A stretch of 64,000 bases of DNA from Thermodesulfobacteriota bacterium (GTDB lineage Bacteria; Desulfobacterota_D; UBA1144; Nemesobacterales; JAJCZQ01), in assembly GCA_965215275.1 (NCBI GenBank), contig OZ244044.1:736001-800000 (forward strand), read 5' to 3'. A program made the translations under genes and the position numbers. The notes beneath the pieces are model-generated. The model was given only the letters and a program-made list of their open reading frames with translations, had not been told where the DNA came from and ran no database searches. This document shows positions 27,308 through 38,822 of the stretch, piece after piece; position 1 is the stretch's first letter; each line of letters starts with the position of its first letter.

Positions 27308-30300
27308 TTAACTGGATTTATAGTCCTGTATCGCTTTTACTTTAAAACCACGGTCCTTTAAGACCTCTATTGCTCCCACTCCTGCCTTGGCAGCTGCCAC
27401 GGTGGTAAAGTACGGCACGTTATACATAAGAGCGGCCCTTCTGATCGACAGTGACTGAGCCACTTCCTTTTCTCCAAATGTCGTATTGACCACCAGCTGA
27501 ATGTCCCCGTTCTTCAGATGGTCCGTAACGTCAGGTCTGCCCTCTATTACCTTGTTTATCTTTTCATTCTCAATGGCGTTGCTCATAAGAAAGTCAGATG
27601 TACCTTTTGTACACATGAGCTTAAAGCCCATCCTGGACAACCTTCTTGACATATCCAGCACGGAATCGTTCTTATCGTCGTCCTTAACGCTTACGAACGC
27701 CGAACCGGCAAGGGGAAGGGTATTTCCAGCGGCCATCTGGGACTTTGAGAAAGCTCCGTTCAGATCATCGTCAATACCCATGACTTCACCTGTGGACACC
27801 ATCTCTGGACCCAGGATCGAGTCAACCTTTGGAAATCTTACAAAAGGAAACACCGACTCCTTGACCGAGTAGTGCTTCGGTACGATCTCCTTTGTAAACC
27901 CGAGATCTTCCAGGGATCTGCCCATCATGACCTTTGTTCCTATATTTACGAGCGGGACCCCTATTGCCTTGCTTATGAACGGTATGGTCCTGCTCGCCCT
28001 CGGATTTGCTTCTATCAGATAAACACGGTCGTTCTTTATTGCAAACTGCACGTTAACGAGCCCTTTGACGTTCAGTGCAAGGGCAAGTTTCTTTGTCTGT
28101 TTTCTGATCTCTTCAAGTATCTTATTTTCGATCGAGAACGGCGGCAGTACCATTGCACTGTCCCCCGAGTGTATACCGACCTCCTCGATGTGCTCCAGTA
28201 TACCTCCGATAACAACGACCTTACCGTCCGATACCGCGTCCACGTCCACCTCTTTGGCACCACTTAAGAACTCATCTATAAGCACTGGATGGTTCTGCGA
28301 CACCTGAACCGCCTCTTTTATATACCTTTTAAGAGCATCCAGTCCATAAACGACCTCCATTGCCCTTCCTCCAAGTACATAAGACGGTCTGACGATCACC
28401 GGGTACCCGATATTTTCGGCTATCTCCACGGCCTCCTCTTCACTTCTTGCTATTCCGTTCCGGGGCTGCCTCAATCCCAGCTTCTGAACCACCTCTCTGA
28501 ACCTCTCACGGTCCTCTGCAAGGTCTATACTGTCGGGTGGCGTGCCGACGATCTTTACTCCGCTTTCCTCAAGGGACAGGGCAAGCTTCAGAGGCGTCTG
28601 ACCTCCAAGCTGTACTATAACTCCCTCGGGCCTTTCCCTGTTCATGATCTCAAGGGTGTCTTCAAGCGTGAGAGGTTCGAAGTAAAGCCTGTCGGACGTA
28701 TCATAGTCCGTGCTTACGGTCTCCGGATTGCAGTTCACCATTATCGACTCGTACCCCTCCTCCTTAAGTGCAAAGGAAGCATGCACGCAGCAGTAGTCAA
28801 ACTCTATACCCTGCCCTATCCGGTTGGGACCGCAACCCAGTATTGCCACGCTCTTCCTGTCCGTCGGCACGGCTTCGCTCTCAGACTCGTACGTGGAATA
28901 AAGATATGGAGTGTACGCTTCAAATTCAGCAGCACAGGTATCCACCATCTTATAAACCGGCTTGATACCTAAATGCTCTCTTTTTTCCCTTACTTCATCT
29001 TCCGGGCAGCCTATAAGGTCAGCTATATGGAAATCCGAGAAGCCCATACGCTTGGCCTCTCTCAACGGCTCCTCTTCCAGACCGCCGACCCCCACTCCCC
29101 TTATCCCTGCCTCAAAATCGATTATCTGCTTTATATTGTATAAAAACCACCGGTCTATCCTGCTGAGGTCATATATCTCTTCGAGCTTCATGCCCCGTCT
29201 GAAGGCATCAGCTATGAACCACAGCCTTTCGGCGTTCGGGACCCTTATTTTTTTCCTTATCAAGTCCGGATCTGAGTACCTGGGTTCAAGACCGTAGGAA
29301 TCTATCTCAAGTGACCTTATCGCCTTGTGAAATGATTCCTTGAAGGTCCTTCCGATGGACATGACCTCTCCAACCGATTTCATCATGGTGGTAAGCGTCG
29401 GGTCTGCCTGCGGGAACTTTTCAAATGCGAACCTCGGCACCTTTACCACTACATAATCTATTGTCGGTTCAAATGAAGCCGGAGTATATTTTGTAATATC
29501 GTTCGATATTTCATCAAGTGTATAGCCAACTGCCAGTTTAGCCGCTATCTTGGCTATCGGAAAACCCGTGGCTTTTGAAGCAAGAGCGGAACTGCGGGAT
29601 ACCCTGGGATTCATCTCGATCACCACTACATCTCCATTTTCAGGGTCAATGGCAAACTGTATGTTAGACCCTCCCGTATCCACCCCTATCTCCCTGATTA
29701 TTGACACGGAAGCGTCCCTTAATACCTGATACTCCTTGTCGGTAAGGGTCTGAGCAGGTGCAACTGTTATACTGTCGCCCGTGTGAACTCCCATGGGGTC
29801 GAGGTTCTCGATCGAGCATATTATCACCACGTTGTCCTTACAGTCCCTCATCACCTCGTATTCAAACTCCTTCCAGCCTATCACGGACTGCTCCACCAAG
29901 ATCTCGGACACAGGACTCATATCCAGGCCTGACTTTGCCTGATCCTCAAACTCCTCTATATTGTAGGCGATGCTCCCTCCCGTACCTCCAAGGGTAAAAG
30001 ACGGCCTTATTATGATCGGATATCCTATCTCCTTTGATATCTCCCAGGCTTCGTCCATGTTATGGGCAACTCCGCTCCTTGGAACGTTCAGTCCGATCTT
30101 CAGCATCGCGTCTTTGAAAAGCTCTCTGTTCTCCGCTTTTTTTATAGCGTCTAACTTCGCTCCGATGAGTTCAACGCCGTTCTTCTCCAGTACGCCGGAC
30201 TCTGCCAGTGCAACTGCAACGTTCAAAGCCGTCTGTCCTCCGAGGGTGGGAAGAAGTACATCGGGTTTCTCGATCTCTATTATCTTCTCGACCACCTCCG

Positions 30301-30511
30301 GTACAATAGGCTCAATGTAGGTCCTGTCAGCAATGCTCGGGTCGGTCATTATCGTGGCAGGGTTGCTGTTTACAAGTATTACCTTGTACCCTTCGTCCTT
30401 AAGGGCCTTGCACGCCTGGGTTCCCGAGTAGTCAAATTCACACGCCTGACCGATCACGATCGGTCCGGAACCTATGATCAATACGCTGCTTATATCTTTT
30501 CTTTTTGGCAT
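27308..30511 (-). CDS. carB: Carbamoyl-phosphate synthase large subunit
   Basis: [10 protein letters not shown], two ATP-grasp domains, MGS domain. Confidence 0.99.
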   Translation of the reverse strand: MPKRKDISSVLIIGSGPIVIGQACEFDYSGTQACKALKDEGYKVILVNSNPATIMTDPSIADRTYIEPIVPEVVEKIIEIEKPDVLLPTLGGQTALNVAVALAESGVLEKNGVELIGAKLDAIKKAENRELFKDAMLKIGLNVPRSGVAHNMDEAWEISKEIGYPIIIRPSFTLGGTGGSIAYNIEEFEDQAKSGLDMSPVSEILVEQSVIGWKEFEYEVMRDCKDNVVIICSIENLDPMGVHTGDSITVAPAQTLTDKEYQVLRDASVSIIREIGVDTGGSNIQFAIDPENGDVVVIEMNPRVSRSSALASKATGFPIAKIAAKLAVGYTLDEISNDITKYTPASFEPTIDYVVVKVPRFAFEKFPQADPTLTTMMKSVGEVMSIGRTFKESFHKAIRSLEIDSYGLEPRYSDPDLIRKKIRVPNAERLWFIADAFRRGMKLEEIYDLSRIDRWFLYNIKQIIDFEAGIRGVGVGGLEEEPLREAKRMGFSDFHIADLIGCPEDEVREKREHLGIKPVYKMVDTCAAEFEAYTPYLYSTYESESEAVPTDRKSVAILGCGPNRIGQGIEFDYCCVHASFALKEEGYESIMVNCNPETVSTDYDTSDRLYFEPLTLEDTLEIMNRERPEGVIVQLGGQTPLKLALSLEESGVKIVGTPPDSIDLAEDRERFREVVQKLGLRQPRNGIARSEEEAVEIAENIGYPVIVRPSYVLGGRAMEVVYGLDALKRYIKEAVQVSQNHPVLIDEFLSGAKEVDVDAVSDGKVVVIGGILEHIEEVGIHSGDSAMVLPPFSIENKILEEIRKQTKKLALALNVKGLVNVQFAIKNDRVYLIEANPRASRTIPFISKAIGVPLVNIGTKVMMGRSLEDLGFTKEIVPKHYSVKESVFPFVRFPKVDSILGPEMVSTGEVMGIDDDLNGAFSKSQMAAGNTLPLAGSAFVSVKDDDKNDSVLDMSRRLSRMGFKLMCTKGTSDFLMSNAIENEKINKVIEGRPDVTDHLKNGDIQLVVNTTFGEKEVAQSLSIRRAALMYNVPYFTTVAAAKAGVGAIEVLKDRGFKVKAIQDYKSS

Positions 30512-30604
30512 TGCATAAATTACTTTAAGAACTGGAGAGAAAATAAAAATTTATAGATAGTTAATTTTACACCTGCAAACAGGTAGAACAGCAACTATGT
30601 CAGG

Positions 30605-31318
30605 TCACAATATTGAAATATTAATCGGTTTCCTGTTGTTATAATGGTCTTCAATCTCAGAATAATCCATAAAATGACAACGGTTCTTTATATCTTTAAA
30701 TATAGATCTTCCAACTTCCTTATTGTATTTAGTTTTCCTTCCATTAGGAGCAACTAATATAAACTGAGTATTAAAATCCTGTAATTCAAACAACCTTAAA
30801 AGCGAGTCATTAAAATCCGAGGTGTGTTCAACTTCAAATGCTACTTGTGGAAATTCTCTATCATTAAACCAAATAACGTCAATATATTTTGACTTATTAA
30901 TTATTGTTTCTTTGGTGGTAAAGACGGGAATTGTTTCCATTGTAATTATTTTACCCAGTTGCTTATTACCAAAAAAATGTTTTTTATCAGGAGTATAGGT
31001 ATCAAAACTCTGCATATTGCCAATTTCAATTAACATGCCTTGAATATCAGCATGTTTTTGTCCCATAGATGTACTTGCTTTTTTTGGTCGCGGCACTTTA
31101 GCCAGTTGTTTTGTAAGTGCATAAACTCCATACCCAATACAAGTAAATCGGTCCTCGCGTTGAAGTCGCTCTCGGATTGTTGCATCGGGGTCTTTGCCAG
31201 TACGCGGGCGATAATTGTCAAGATTTTTATAGATCAATTTCAACGGTGCATAACCACCGTTGTCACGCAATACCATTTCTATCGCCTTTGAATATGTTAT
31301 CTCCTTGCGAGTGGTCAT
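30605..31318 (-). CDS. Winged-HTH plus PD-(D/E)XK restriction-endonuclease-like protein
   Basis: N-terminal HTH-like segment (TGKDPDATIR), IDVIWF...AFEVEH; probable start MTTRK at 31318. Confidence 0.7.
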   Translation of the reverse strand: MTTRKEITYSKAIEMVLRDNGGYAPLKLIYKNLDNYRPRTGKDPDATIRERLQREDRFTCIGYGVYALTKQLAKVPRPKKASTSMGQKHADIQGMLIEIGNMQSFDTYTPDKKHFFGNKQLGKIITMETIPVFTTKETIINKSKYIDVIWFNDREFPQVAFEVEHTSDFNDSLLRLFELQDFNTQFILVAPNGRKTKYNKEVGRSIFKDIKNRCHFMDYSEIEDHYNNRKPINISIL

Positions 31319-31427
31319 AATTATATTTACCTCCGATATAACAATTTCTGGTATCGGTTTAACATCAAGACCATACACCGACCTAATACACCTGAAATTT
31401 ATAACTTATTGAATATTTATCAACTGC

Positions 31428-31545
31428 TTACGCCACTTTCCCACAGATTTTCGTTCATTTCTCCTTAAATTCTTCTGCTTTTTCATCAAGTCCTCTCTGG
31501 ATCGCATCTATATCGATAGACAGGTTGAACTGGTCCTTCCATCTG
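31428..31545 (-). pseudogene. Duplicated, internally deleted 3' fragment of thiC
   Basis: Matches 33755-33844 joined to 33992-34025. Confidence 0.85.
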
Positions 31546-31576
31546 TAAATAAAGGGGAAATCAAGATTTATTTTTA

Positions 31577-31594
31577 TTTATGTATATAATTCCC
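31577..31594. repeat. Cassette end motif (right-end orientation), no partner found
   Basis: tttatgtatataattccc; 17-bp exact reverse complement of 63318-63334. Confidence 0.65.
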
Positions 31595-31643
31595 AAAGTT
31601 AAAATGGAAAAAACACTTCCGGTGGTGCTACGGGTATTTTAAG

Positions 31644-31702
31644 ATCAGAAGAGCAAGAAGAACTCTGCAATCAGAAGAGCAAGAAGAACTCTGCAATCAG
31701 AA
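31644..31702. repeat. 26-bp tandem repeat x2.3
   Basis: atcagaagagcaagaagaactctgca twice plus atcagaa. Confidence 0.9.
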
Positions 31703-31748
31703 CAGTAAGGATATTGTTGTCAAACGATATTTATAGTTTCCACAAACA

Positions 31749-32384
31749 TCATTCATTTTCCAACCGTTTTATTTCATTCTTTATCTGATCTATCACTTCA
31801 GGATTTTGTATAATCTTTTGATCTCCACTTTTTATTGAAAAAATATAAAAAACCTCCCCACCATACTTTTTTTTGAACTTCTCGTGGCTTTTCTTTTGAA
31901 AAGAACGCTCTTTAAATATCTGCTCTATATGTGAAACATCGTTCACGGGTTTAACCTGTAAACCAATATATTTATCTGAAACTTTTATAAAAAAATCAAC
32001 GTTAAATAATCTGTCCCACTCATCCGGAGACGGTTCAATCTTAATTCCCAGTTTTTGCTCCAATTGACCGTATATAGTTGTTCTTTCCGTCTCATATCCA
32101 TCAAAAGTTCTGTTGATAACCATATCAAACATATACTTAATACAGTCTTCTTCGGTTATATCTCGAACTTCTGCTGAAATAACTTCGGTAATTTTCACAT
32201 ATAGCCTTCTTCCCAAAGATTCAATGTGTTCCTTATCATAAACATTCTCAAAATAGTATTTCTCCCAATCTTCAAGAATTTTCGGACTGCATTTTCTAAT
32301 TTCTTCCGAAACAGCACCAACGTTCCGTTTAAAATTCAATTGAAAACGGTTCATCACACTGTTTAAAATCCATTCTTTAGGCAA
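31749..32384 (-). CDS. MjaI family type II restriction endonuclease
   Basis: KEWILN...NVG, VDFFI...GLQVKP; adjacent to an MTase. Confidence 0.8.
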   Translation of the reverse strand: MPKEWILNSVMNRFQLNFKRNVGAVSEEIRKCSPKILEDWEKYYFENVYDKEHIESLGRRLYVKITEVISAEVRDITEEDCIKYMFDMVINRTFDGYETERTTIYGQLEQKLGIKIEPSPDEWDRLFNVDFFIKVSDKYIGLQVKPVNDVSHIEQIFKERSFQKKSHEKFKKKYGGEVFYIFSIKSGDQKIIQNPEVIDQIKNEIKRLENE

Positions 32385-32388
32385 TTAT

Positions 32389-33702
32389 TCATACCCCTTT
32401 TTTCATGTTTTCATAATTCAGGAATTTTTCATAATATTTATACTTAAATCTATCGTCCGTTGAAGCAAGTCCATTTTTTATCAGATGAGCGTTAATGAAA
32501 GTTTTATTCTTCAAATACATATAACAAAGCAGTTTATCCTCGTCGTTGTACTTTACTTCATCAAACTTTAAAAATACTTTCTGACCGGTGGTTTTTTCTT
32601 TAAGGAAATCTTTTGCGGTGGATATCTTCTCCTTAATTGGCTTAACTCCAATAAGTTTAACTTTCAAACCAGTGTTCATTATCATTTCGTTTGGGGAACA
32701 AATTTCCCTGACCGAAAAATATTCTTTTTCAGTATTTGGATCATTATTGATCTTTGATCCGAATTGTAAATCTCTCGGATCAACCCTTTTATCAATTTTT
32801 ACAGTATCTCTAAAAATATAAGGCAGTTTATCTATCTCATCTCTGTAATCTTTAATTTTCTTGCCTGCTTTAGTGGTTCTGACCATCGCCTTTTGAAAGA
32901 CCTCCGGTTCGGATACGCCGAGCTTATTATTGATAACTGGAAGAAACTCATCGTTTATCTCATACCCGACCGAGTTTCTATTTAAATTGATCGCACTTAA
33001 ACACGTTGTTCCACTACCTAAAAAAGGGTCTAACACTGTATCGCCAACAAAAGAGAACATCTTTATTAATCGGTTGGGTAACTCCAGGGGAAACATCGCA
33101 AGATGCTTGTCCTGCTTCTCACCTGAAAAATTCCAATGCCCGCAGAAGTATTTATTCCACTCTTCTTTTGTCATTCTGGAACTTTCCCTGATCTCTTTTT
33201 TAACCTTTCTTGCTCGTCCCAGCTTCTTAAATAACAGGATAAATTCATAATCGATCTTTATAACCCCATTATTAGGATAGGGATAAGAACCCATTACAGT
33301 TGCTCCGCCGGTGGTATTGGACGTAATGACTTTCTGCCAGATAACAGCTCCCATATAATCAAAACCGATCGTCTCACAAAACTTAATTATTTCCGTTCTT
33401 ATCGGAATGACCTTATACCGCCCATAATAAACAGAACGGGCAAACTGGTCTCCTATATTTATACAAAGCCGACATCCGCTGTCTAAAACACGGTAGCATT
33501 CCTTCCAGACAAGGTTTAAATTATTGATGTAATCCTGATATGAATCGTCAAATCCTATTTGATCACCACTTCCATAATCTTTGAGTTGCCAATACGGTGG
33601 AGAAGTAATTACAAGATGAACCGATGAATCTTCAACGAGTTCCATGTTCCTCGAATCACCTATTATGATCTCATGGTTCGTTTTCATAAAATTAATTTCC
33701 AA
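32389..33702 (-). CDS. DNA amino-methyltransferase with C-terminal thermonuclease(SNase)-like domain
   Basis: TSPPY, LDPFLGSGTT; C-terminal VKLIGV...LLCYMYL...FINAHLIKNGLA. Confidence 0.88.
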   Translation of the reverse strand: MEINFMKTNHEIIIGDSRNMELVEDSSVHLVITSPPYWQLKDYGSGDQIGFDDSYQDYINNLNLVWKECYRVLDSGCRLCINIGDQFARSVYYGRYKVIPIRTEIIKFCETIGFDYMGAVIWQKVITSNTTGGATVMGSYPYPNNGVIKIDYEFILLFKKLGRARKVKKEIRESSRMTKEEWNKYFCGHWNFSGEKQDKHLAMFPLELPNRLIKMFSFVGDTVLDPFLGSGTTCLSAINLNRNSVGYEINDEFLPVINNKLGVSEPEVFQKAMVRTTKAGKKIKDYRDEIDKLPYIFRDTVKIDKRVDPRDLQFGSKINNDPNTEKEYFSVREICSPNEMIMNTGLKVKLIGVKPIKEKISTAKDFLKEKTTGQKVFLKFDEVKYNDEDKLLCYMYLKNKTFINAHLIKNGLASTDDRFKYKYYEKFLNYENMKKGV

Positions 33703-33754
33703 GCAACAATCTATTTGGGTTTAAAAACTTAAACTCACCAATAATTGTCTTATC

Positions 33755-35635
<1,881 letters not shown>

Positions 35636-35686
35636 CTAATATACCCACATAATTATCTGACTATAAGTATACCGGTCTGGAATATC

Positions 35687-36106
35687 TTAAGCTTCTCTTG
35701 AGGTCATATAGCTGCGAATGGCCTCCCAGTATTTCCACCAATAGGAGTTTTCAGGATGATTTGCCTTTTGCTGCTCCGTCCAGATCATTGCCTGCTCCTT
35801 GTCCTGATAAAGAAGGAACTTCTCTGCCGCGTCCTTTATCTCATCCTGATCTATCTCGATCTTGTTAAGGTCCTCTGATATAGCCGTGCTTATCTCGTCC
35901 AGAGAACGGTGGATCTTATCACACGCCTCCACGATACTTTCCGATTGACCACTGGTATCCTGACCGATAAGGTCCGCGTTGCCTTTGATCAGATCGACAA
36001 AATCAAGCAGGTGATCAGATGATCTTTTTGCTTTTTTAACCTCTTCTATAATTCTTGTATAGTCTTTTGCTGTCGGTGGCATTTTTTCCTCCTTGTTCTT
36101 TATCAA
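35687..36106 (-). CDS. Hypothetical helical protein
   Basis: ORF in host-like codon usage; probable start MPPTAK after GGAGG. Confidence 0.6.
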   Translation of the reverse strand: MIKNKEEKMPPTAKDYTRIIEEVKKAKRSSDHLLDFVDLIKGNADLIGQDTSGQSESIVEACDKIHRSLDEISTAISEDLNKIEIDQDEIKDAAEKFLLYQDKEQAMIWTEQQKANHPENSYWWKYWEAIRSYMTSREA

Positions 36107-36120
36107 CTACTTTAACTTAA

Positions 36121-36260
36121 GGGACTTATATACTTTAGTACATAAGTACTAAACATACTGTTCTGCAAGCAGAGTCCCTCTTAATTCCCCGTTCTCTTTT
36201 GATAAAACATTTACAGCCTGCATCGGGAACTCAAGTCTGGCTGTCCCACCCGACATAGTG
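36121..36260 (-). ncRNA. Putative omegaRNA scaffold overlapping the tnpB 3' end
   Basis: Conserved with 1-76 and 58417-58545; perfect hairpin tttagtac-ttat-gtactaaa; tcggg/cccga stem. Confidence 0.6.
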
Positions 36261-37602
36261 TCTTTTCACTATTGCAAATGTTTATAGCTGCATTCGTGTC
36301 TGCATGGTCTTTATGACCGCAATACACACACTTAAATACTTCTCCTTTTCTGTTCCTTTTATCTCTGTATCCGCACTCAGAACAGGTCTGTGACGTCCAT
36401 TGAGCCGGGTTCCTGATCAGCTTGCCACCAGTGCTTTTAACCTTGTATTCAAGCTGATTTAATACCTTGCCCAATTGCTGTTCCCGTAAGGACCTGTTTA
36501 ATCCAGATTTCTGCTTTACTTTCTTACCCGGATCTCCCACGGTCCCCTTTGCCGATCTGCTCATATCCCTTAATCTCAGATCTTCTGATATAACAAAATT
36601 ATACGCTCTTGACAGTTCTGTAGTTAACCTGTGTATTTTGTTATGTTCCTTTATTGCTGTTCTTGCTCGTTCCTTCCCAAGCAGTTTTACCTTCTTCTTT
36701 CTCCCGTTGGAACCTTTTTCAGCTCTTGAAACTGCTCTTTGCTTTCTTTTGTCTTTCTTTCTGCTTACTTCAGTTCCCTTGTAAAACGACCCATCTGATA
36801 AAGCAATCCTGTTCCTTACTCCAAGGTCTATTCCTATCGCTCTGTCCAGTCCTCTGTCCTCTCCAGCTATTGTTTCGTAAATAAACTGGATCTCTACTCT
36901 TAAAGCTGTTCTTAATATCCTGATGTATTTTGTTCCTTCCGGTATGCTTCCTCTGAATGAGATCCTGCCTGCTCCCTTTACCGTTAAATATGTCCTTCTC
37001 TCTCCTTTCTTTACATTTCCCCATGTATATGTTTCAAAACTTCTTACCTTCCTGCTGCTGTTCTTATATCTAGGACTGCCTCTCAATCCTTTAAGATGTT
37101 CACTGTATGCCTTATCCACTCTCTTTAACGTCCTTTGCTGTCCCTGAACGCCTGCCTTGCTGAATTCTTTCAATAAAACATCATTCCTTATCTCAGTCAG
37201 TGACTTCGCCTGATCTTCGTAACTTACTGACTTCTTCTTTATCTCCTGTTTTGTTAACTCTCTCCAGTTAACTGGATCTTCGCAAGGTCTTATAGTACTT
37301 ACAAACCTGTTAACTGCTTCATAAACTGTATCCAGATATTTAACTCTGTTCTTCTTGTTGTAAGAAGTACCAAACTCCCATTGTGGGTAGAAATACATCT
37401 GTAATCTTTCTTCTGACAAACCCCACTTCTTCAGCTTCTTGTATTTTTTGTACGCTTCTTTCCTTTCTTCCAGAGCGCTGTTATACAGATAGGTAAGCTG
37501 GTCCAAAGTCCTTTCCAAACCCTTATGAGTTGAAGGGTGATTCAATCCAGCCACTCTGCGTTCCGTCCTCGTCTGCTTAATTATCCTGTTTTCTCTATAC
37601 AT
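36211..37602 (-). CDS. tnpB: RNA-guided endonuclease TnpB
   Basis: AIGIDLGV, ISEDL, CSEC/CVYC, HADTNAA: RuvC D-E-D intact. Confidence 0.95.
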   Translation of the reverse strand: MYRENRIIKQTRTERRVAGLNHPSTHKGLERTLDQLTYLYNSALEERKEAYKKYKKLKKWGLSEERLQMYFYPQWEFGTSYNKKNRVKYLDTVYEAVNRFVSTIRPCEDPVNWRELTKQEIKKKSVSYEDQAKSLTEIRNDVLLKEFSKAGVQGQQRTLKRVDKAYSEHLKGLRGSPRYKNSSRKVRSFETYTWGNVKKGERRTYLTVKGAGRISFRGSIPEGTKYIRILRTALRVEIQFIYETIAGEDRGLDRAIGIDLGVRNRIALSDGSFYKGTEVSRKKDKRKQRAVSRAEKGSNGRKKKVKLLGKERARTAIKEHNKIHRLTTELSRAYNFVISEDLRLRDMSRSAKGTVGDPGKKVKQKSGLNRSLREQQLGKVLNQLEYKVKSTGGKLIRNPAQWTSQTCSECGYRDKRNRKGEVFKCVYCGHKDHADTNAAINICNSEKTLCRVGQPDLSSRCRL

Positions 37603-37730
37603 TCCTCTGTAATTATACCACGATCACACTTAGCTATTAAGTCCTTTGTTGGGTACTTAAGTATATAAGTCCCCAATTTTTTATTATGTTTATCCAACTC
37701 GTGATTTGTTTAAAGAATAAAGGTTAAGAT

Positions 37731-37868
37731 ATGGGTAGGAAACAAAAGATAATTCCCCCATTAGATGCAACATTTGATGAAGCAATAAAAATAATGTTTG
37801 CTCCCCAAATAGAACTATCTAAAAAATATAGAACTCAAAGAAAATTAAAAGAAAATGAAAAAAGTTAA
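37731..37868 (+). CDS. 45-aa micro-ORF between stacked cassette ends
   Basis: MGRKQKIIPPLDATFDEAIKIMFAPQ...; similar peptide at 45345-45476. Confidence 0.55.
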   Translation: MGRKQKIIPPLDATFDEAIKIMFAPQIELSKKYRTQRKLKENEKS

Positions 37869-37895
37869 GTAAATCAAAAGATTAAATTATCTTGG

Positions 37896-37940
37896 GTACT
37901 AAAGTATATAGTCCCCTTTTTTATTAAAGTATATAAGTCC
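37896..37940. repeat. Two further right-end motif copies
   Basis: gtactaaagtatatagtcccc (37896-37916) and ttaaagtatataagtcc (37924-37940). Confidence 0.8.
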
Positions 37941-37954
37941 GTCAATTAATGATC

Positions 37955-38749
37955 CTATAAAGGTCTGTAAACGACTATTCCGGGCTTGTCCTTCAGATAA
38001 ACCAGCAGTTCCTCGTCCAGGACCCTTCTGGTATCCTTCCTTGAGGAAGCGTTACGCAGATAAACCTTACCGCCCTTTCTGATCAATATCCCTGTGTGCG
38101 AAACGTCAAGTCCGTCCTCGTCCGAATATATCCCCACGTAATCACCCGTCTTTAACTTATCGGTAACCGATCTGCTCAGCCGGGCAGAAGGGATATATGT
38201 CACTTCCCTTATAAACACCGGTATACCGTTTAAATAATTAGTGCCGTCCTTCTTTGCATTAAGTAACTTGGTCACCGAAACGGCGGACCTGCCTCCAACG
38301 GCCCTGGTCACGTCCCTGATCCTGTCCGCATCAGAACTTGGCCAGTCGGAAAAGAAATGCTTTCTGGCAGCGTATGAGACCCTTCCTCCCTTGTACCTTA
38401 CTCTGATCAGGTTATCTCTGAACTCACCGTAATCAGAAGACAGTCTGAGGGCATCCACGTAGTCAAGATAGGTAAAGCAGTCAAGTCCAGCAAGGTTAAT
38501 GGTCAAGGTCTCTCTGCTCTTATAACTGCCGATCAGCGTCAGAGGCAGATACGGAACACCAATAAAATGACCTGATATGAAGTCGATCTTTTCGCCGCTC
38601 GTCTCGTATTTAAAAGACTGCTTTATCATCTTCGACAGCCTGCTCTCTGTAAATCCTCCAAGATCAACGTACTCGTCTGCGGCGGCGTCACATGAGGCCA
38701 CTTGCAGCAGAAAGGCAAAAAGTATGAGCGACAGCGGGCTACGTTTCAT
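37955..38749 (-). CDS. DUF1460 / NlpC-P60-fold amidase-like protein
   Basis: LDCFTY, RKHFFSDW, LDVSHTG; signal-like MKRSPLSLILF start at 38749. Confidence 0.85.
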   Translation of the reverse strand: MKRSPLSLILFAFLLQVASCDAAADEYVDLGGFTESRLSKMIKQSFKYETSGEKIDFISGHFIGVPYLPLTLIGSYKSRETLTINLAGLDCFTYLDYVDALRLSSDYGEFRDNLIRVRYKGGRVSYAARKHFFSDWPSSDADRIRDVTRAVGGRSAVSVTKLLNAKKDGTNYLNGIPVFIREVTYIPSARLSRSVTDKLKTGDYVGIYSDEDGLDVSHTGILIRKGGKVYLRNASSRKDTRRVLDEELLVYLKDKPGIVVYRPL

Positions 38750-38822
38750 CAAAACTGTAATATAACTGACAGCTTGCGTAATTACTGCCCGTTTTCTCCC
38801 CGGCTGAAAACACCCACCGGCA

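Larger units (their letters stand above)
36121..37673. mobile_element. TIR-bounded non-autonomous element carrying tnpB and an omegaRNA-like region
   Basis: gggacttatatactttagtac (36121-36141) and gtacttaagtatataagtccc (37653-37673): 20/21 inverted match. Confidence 0.85.

Noticed and set aside
31644..31702. CRISPR array
   Set aside because: Units are contiguous with no spacers, and no cas genes or repeat-spacer arrays are visible in the window.
36180..36202. TCAA as an IS200/IS605-type right end with the guide following
   Set aside because: Similarity between copies continues ~70 bp past TCAA up to the TIR, so the boundary is not there.
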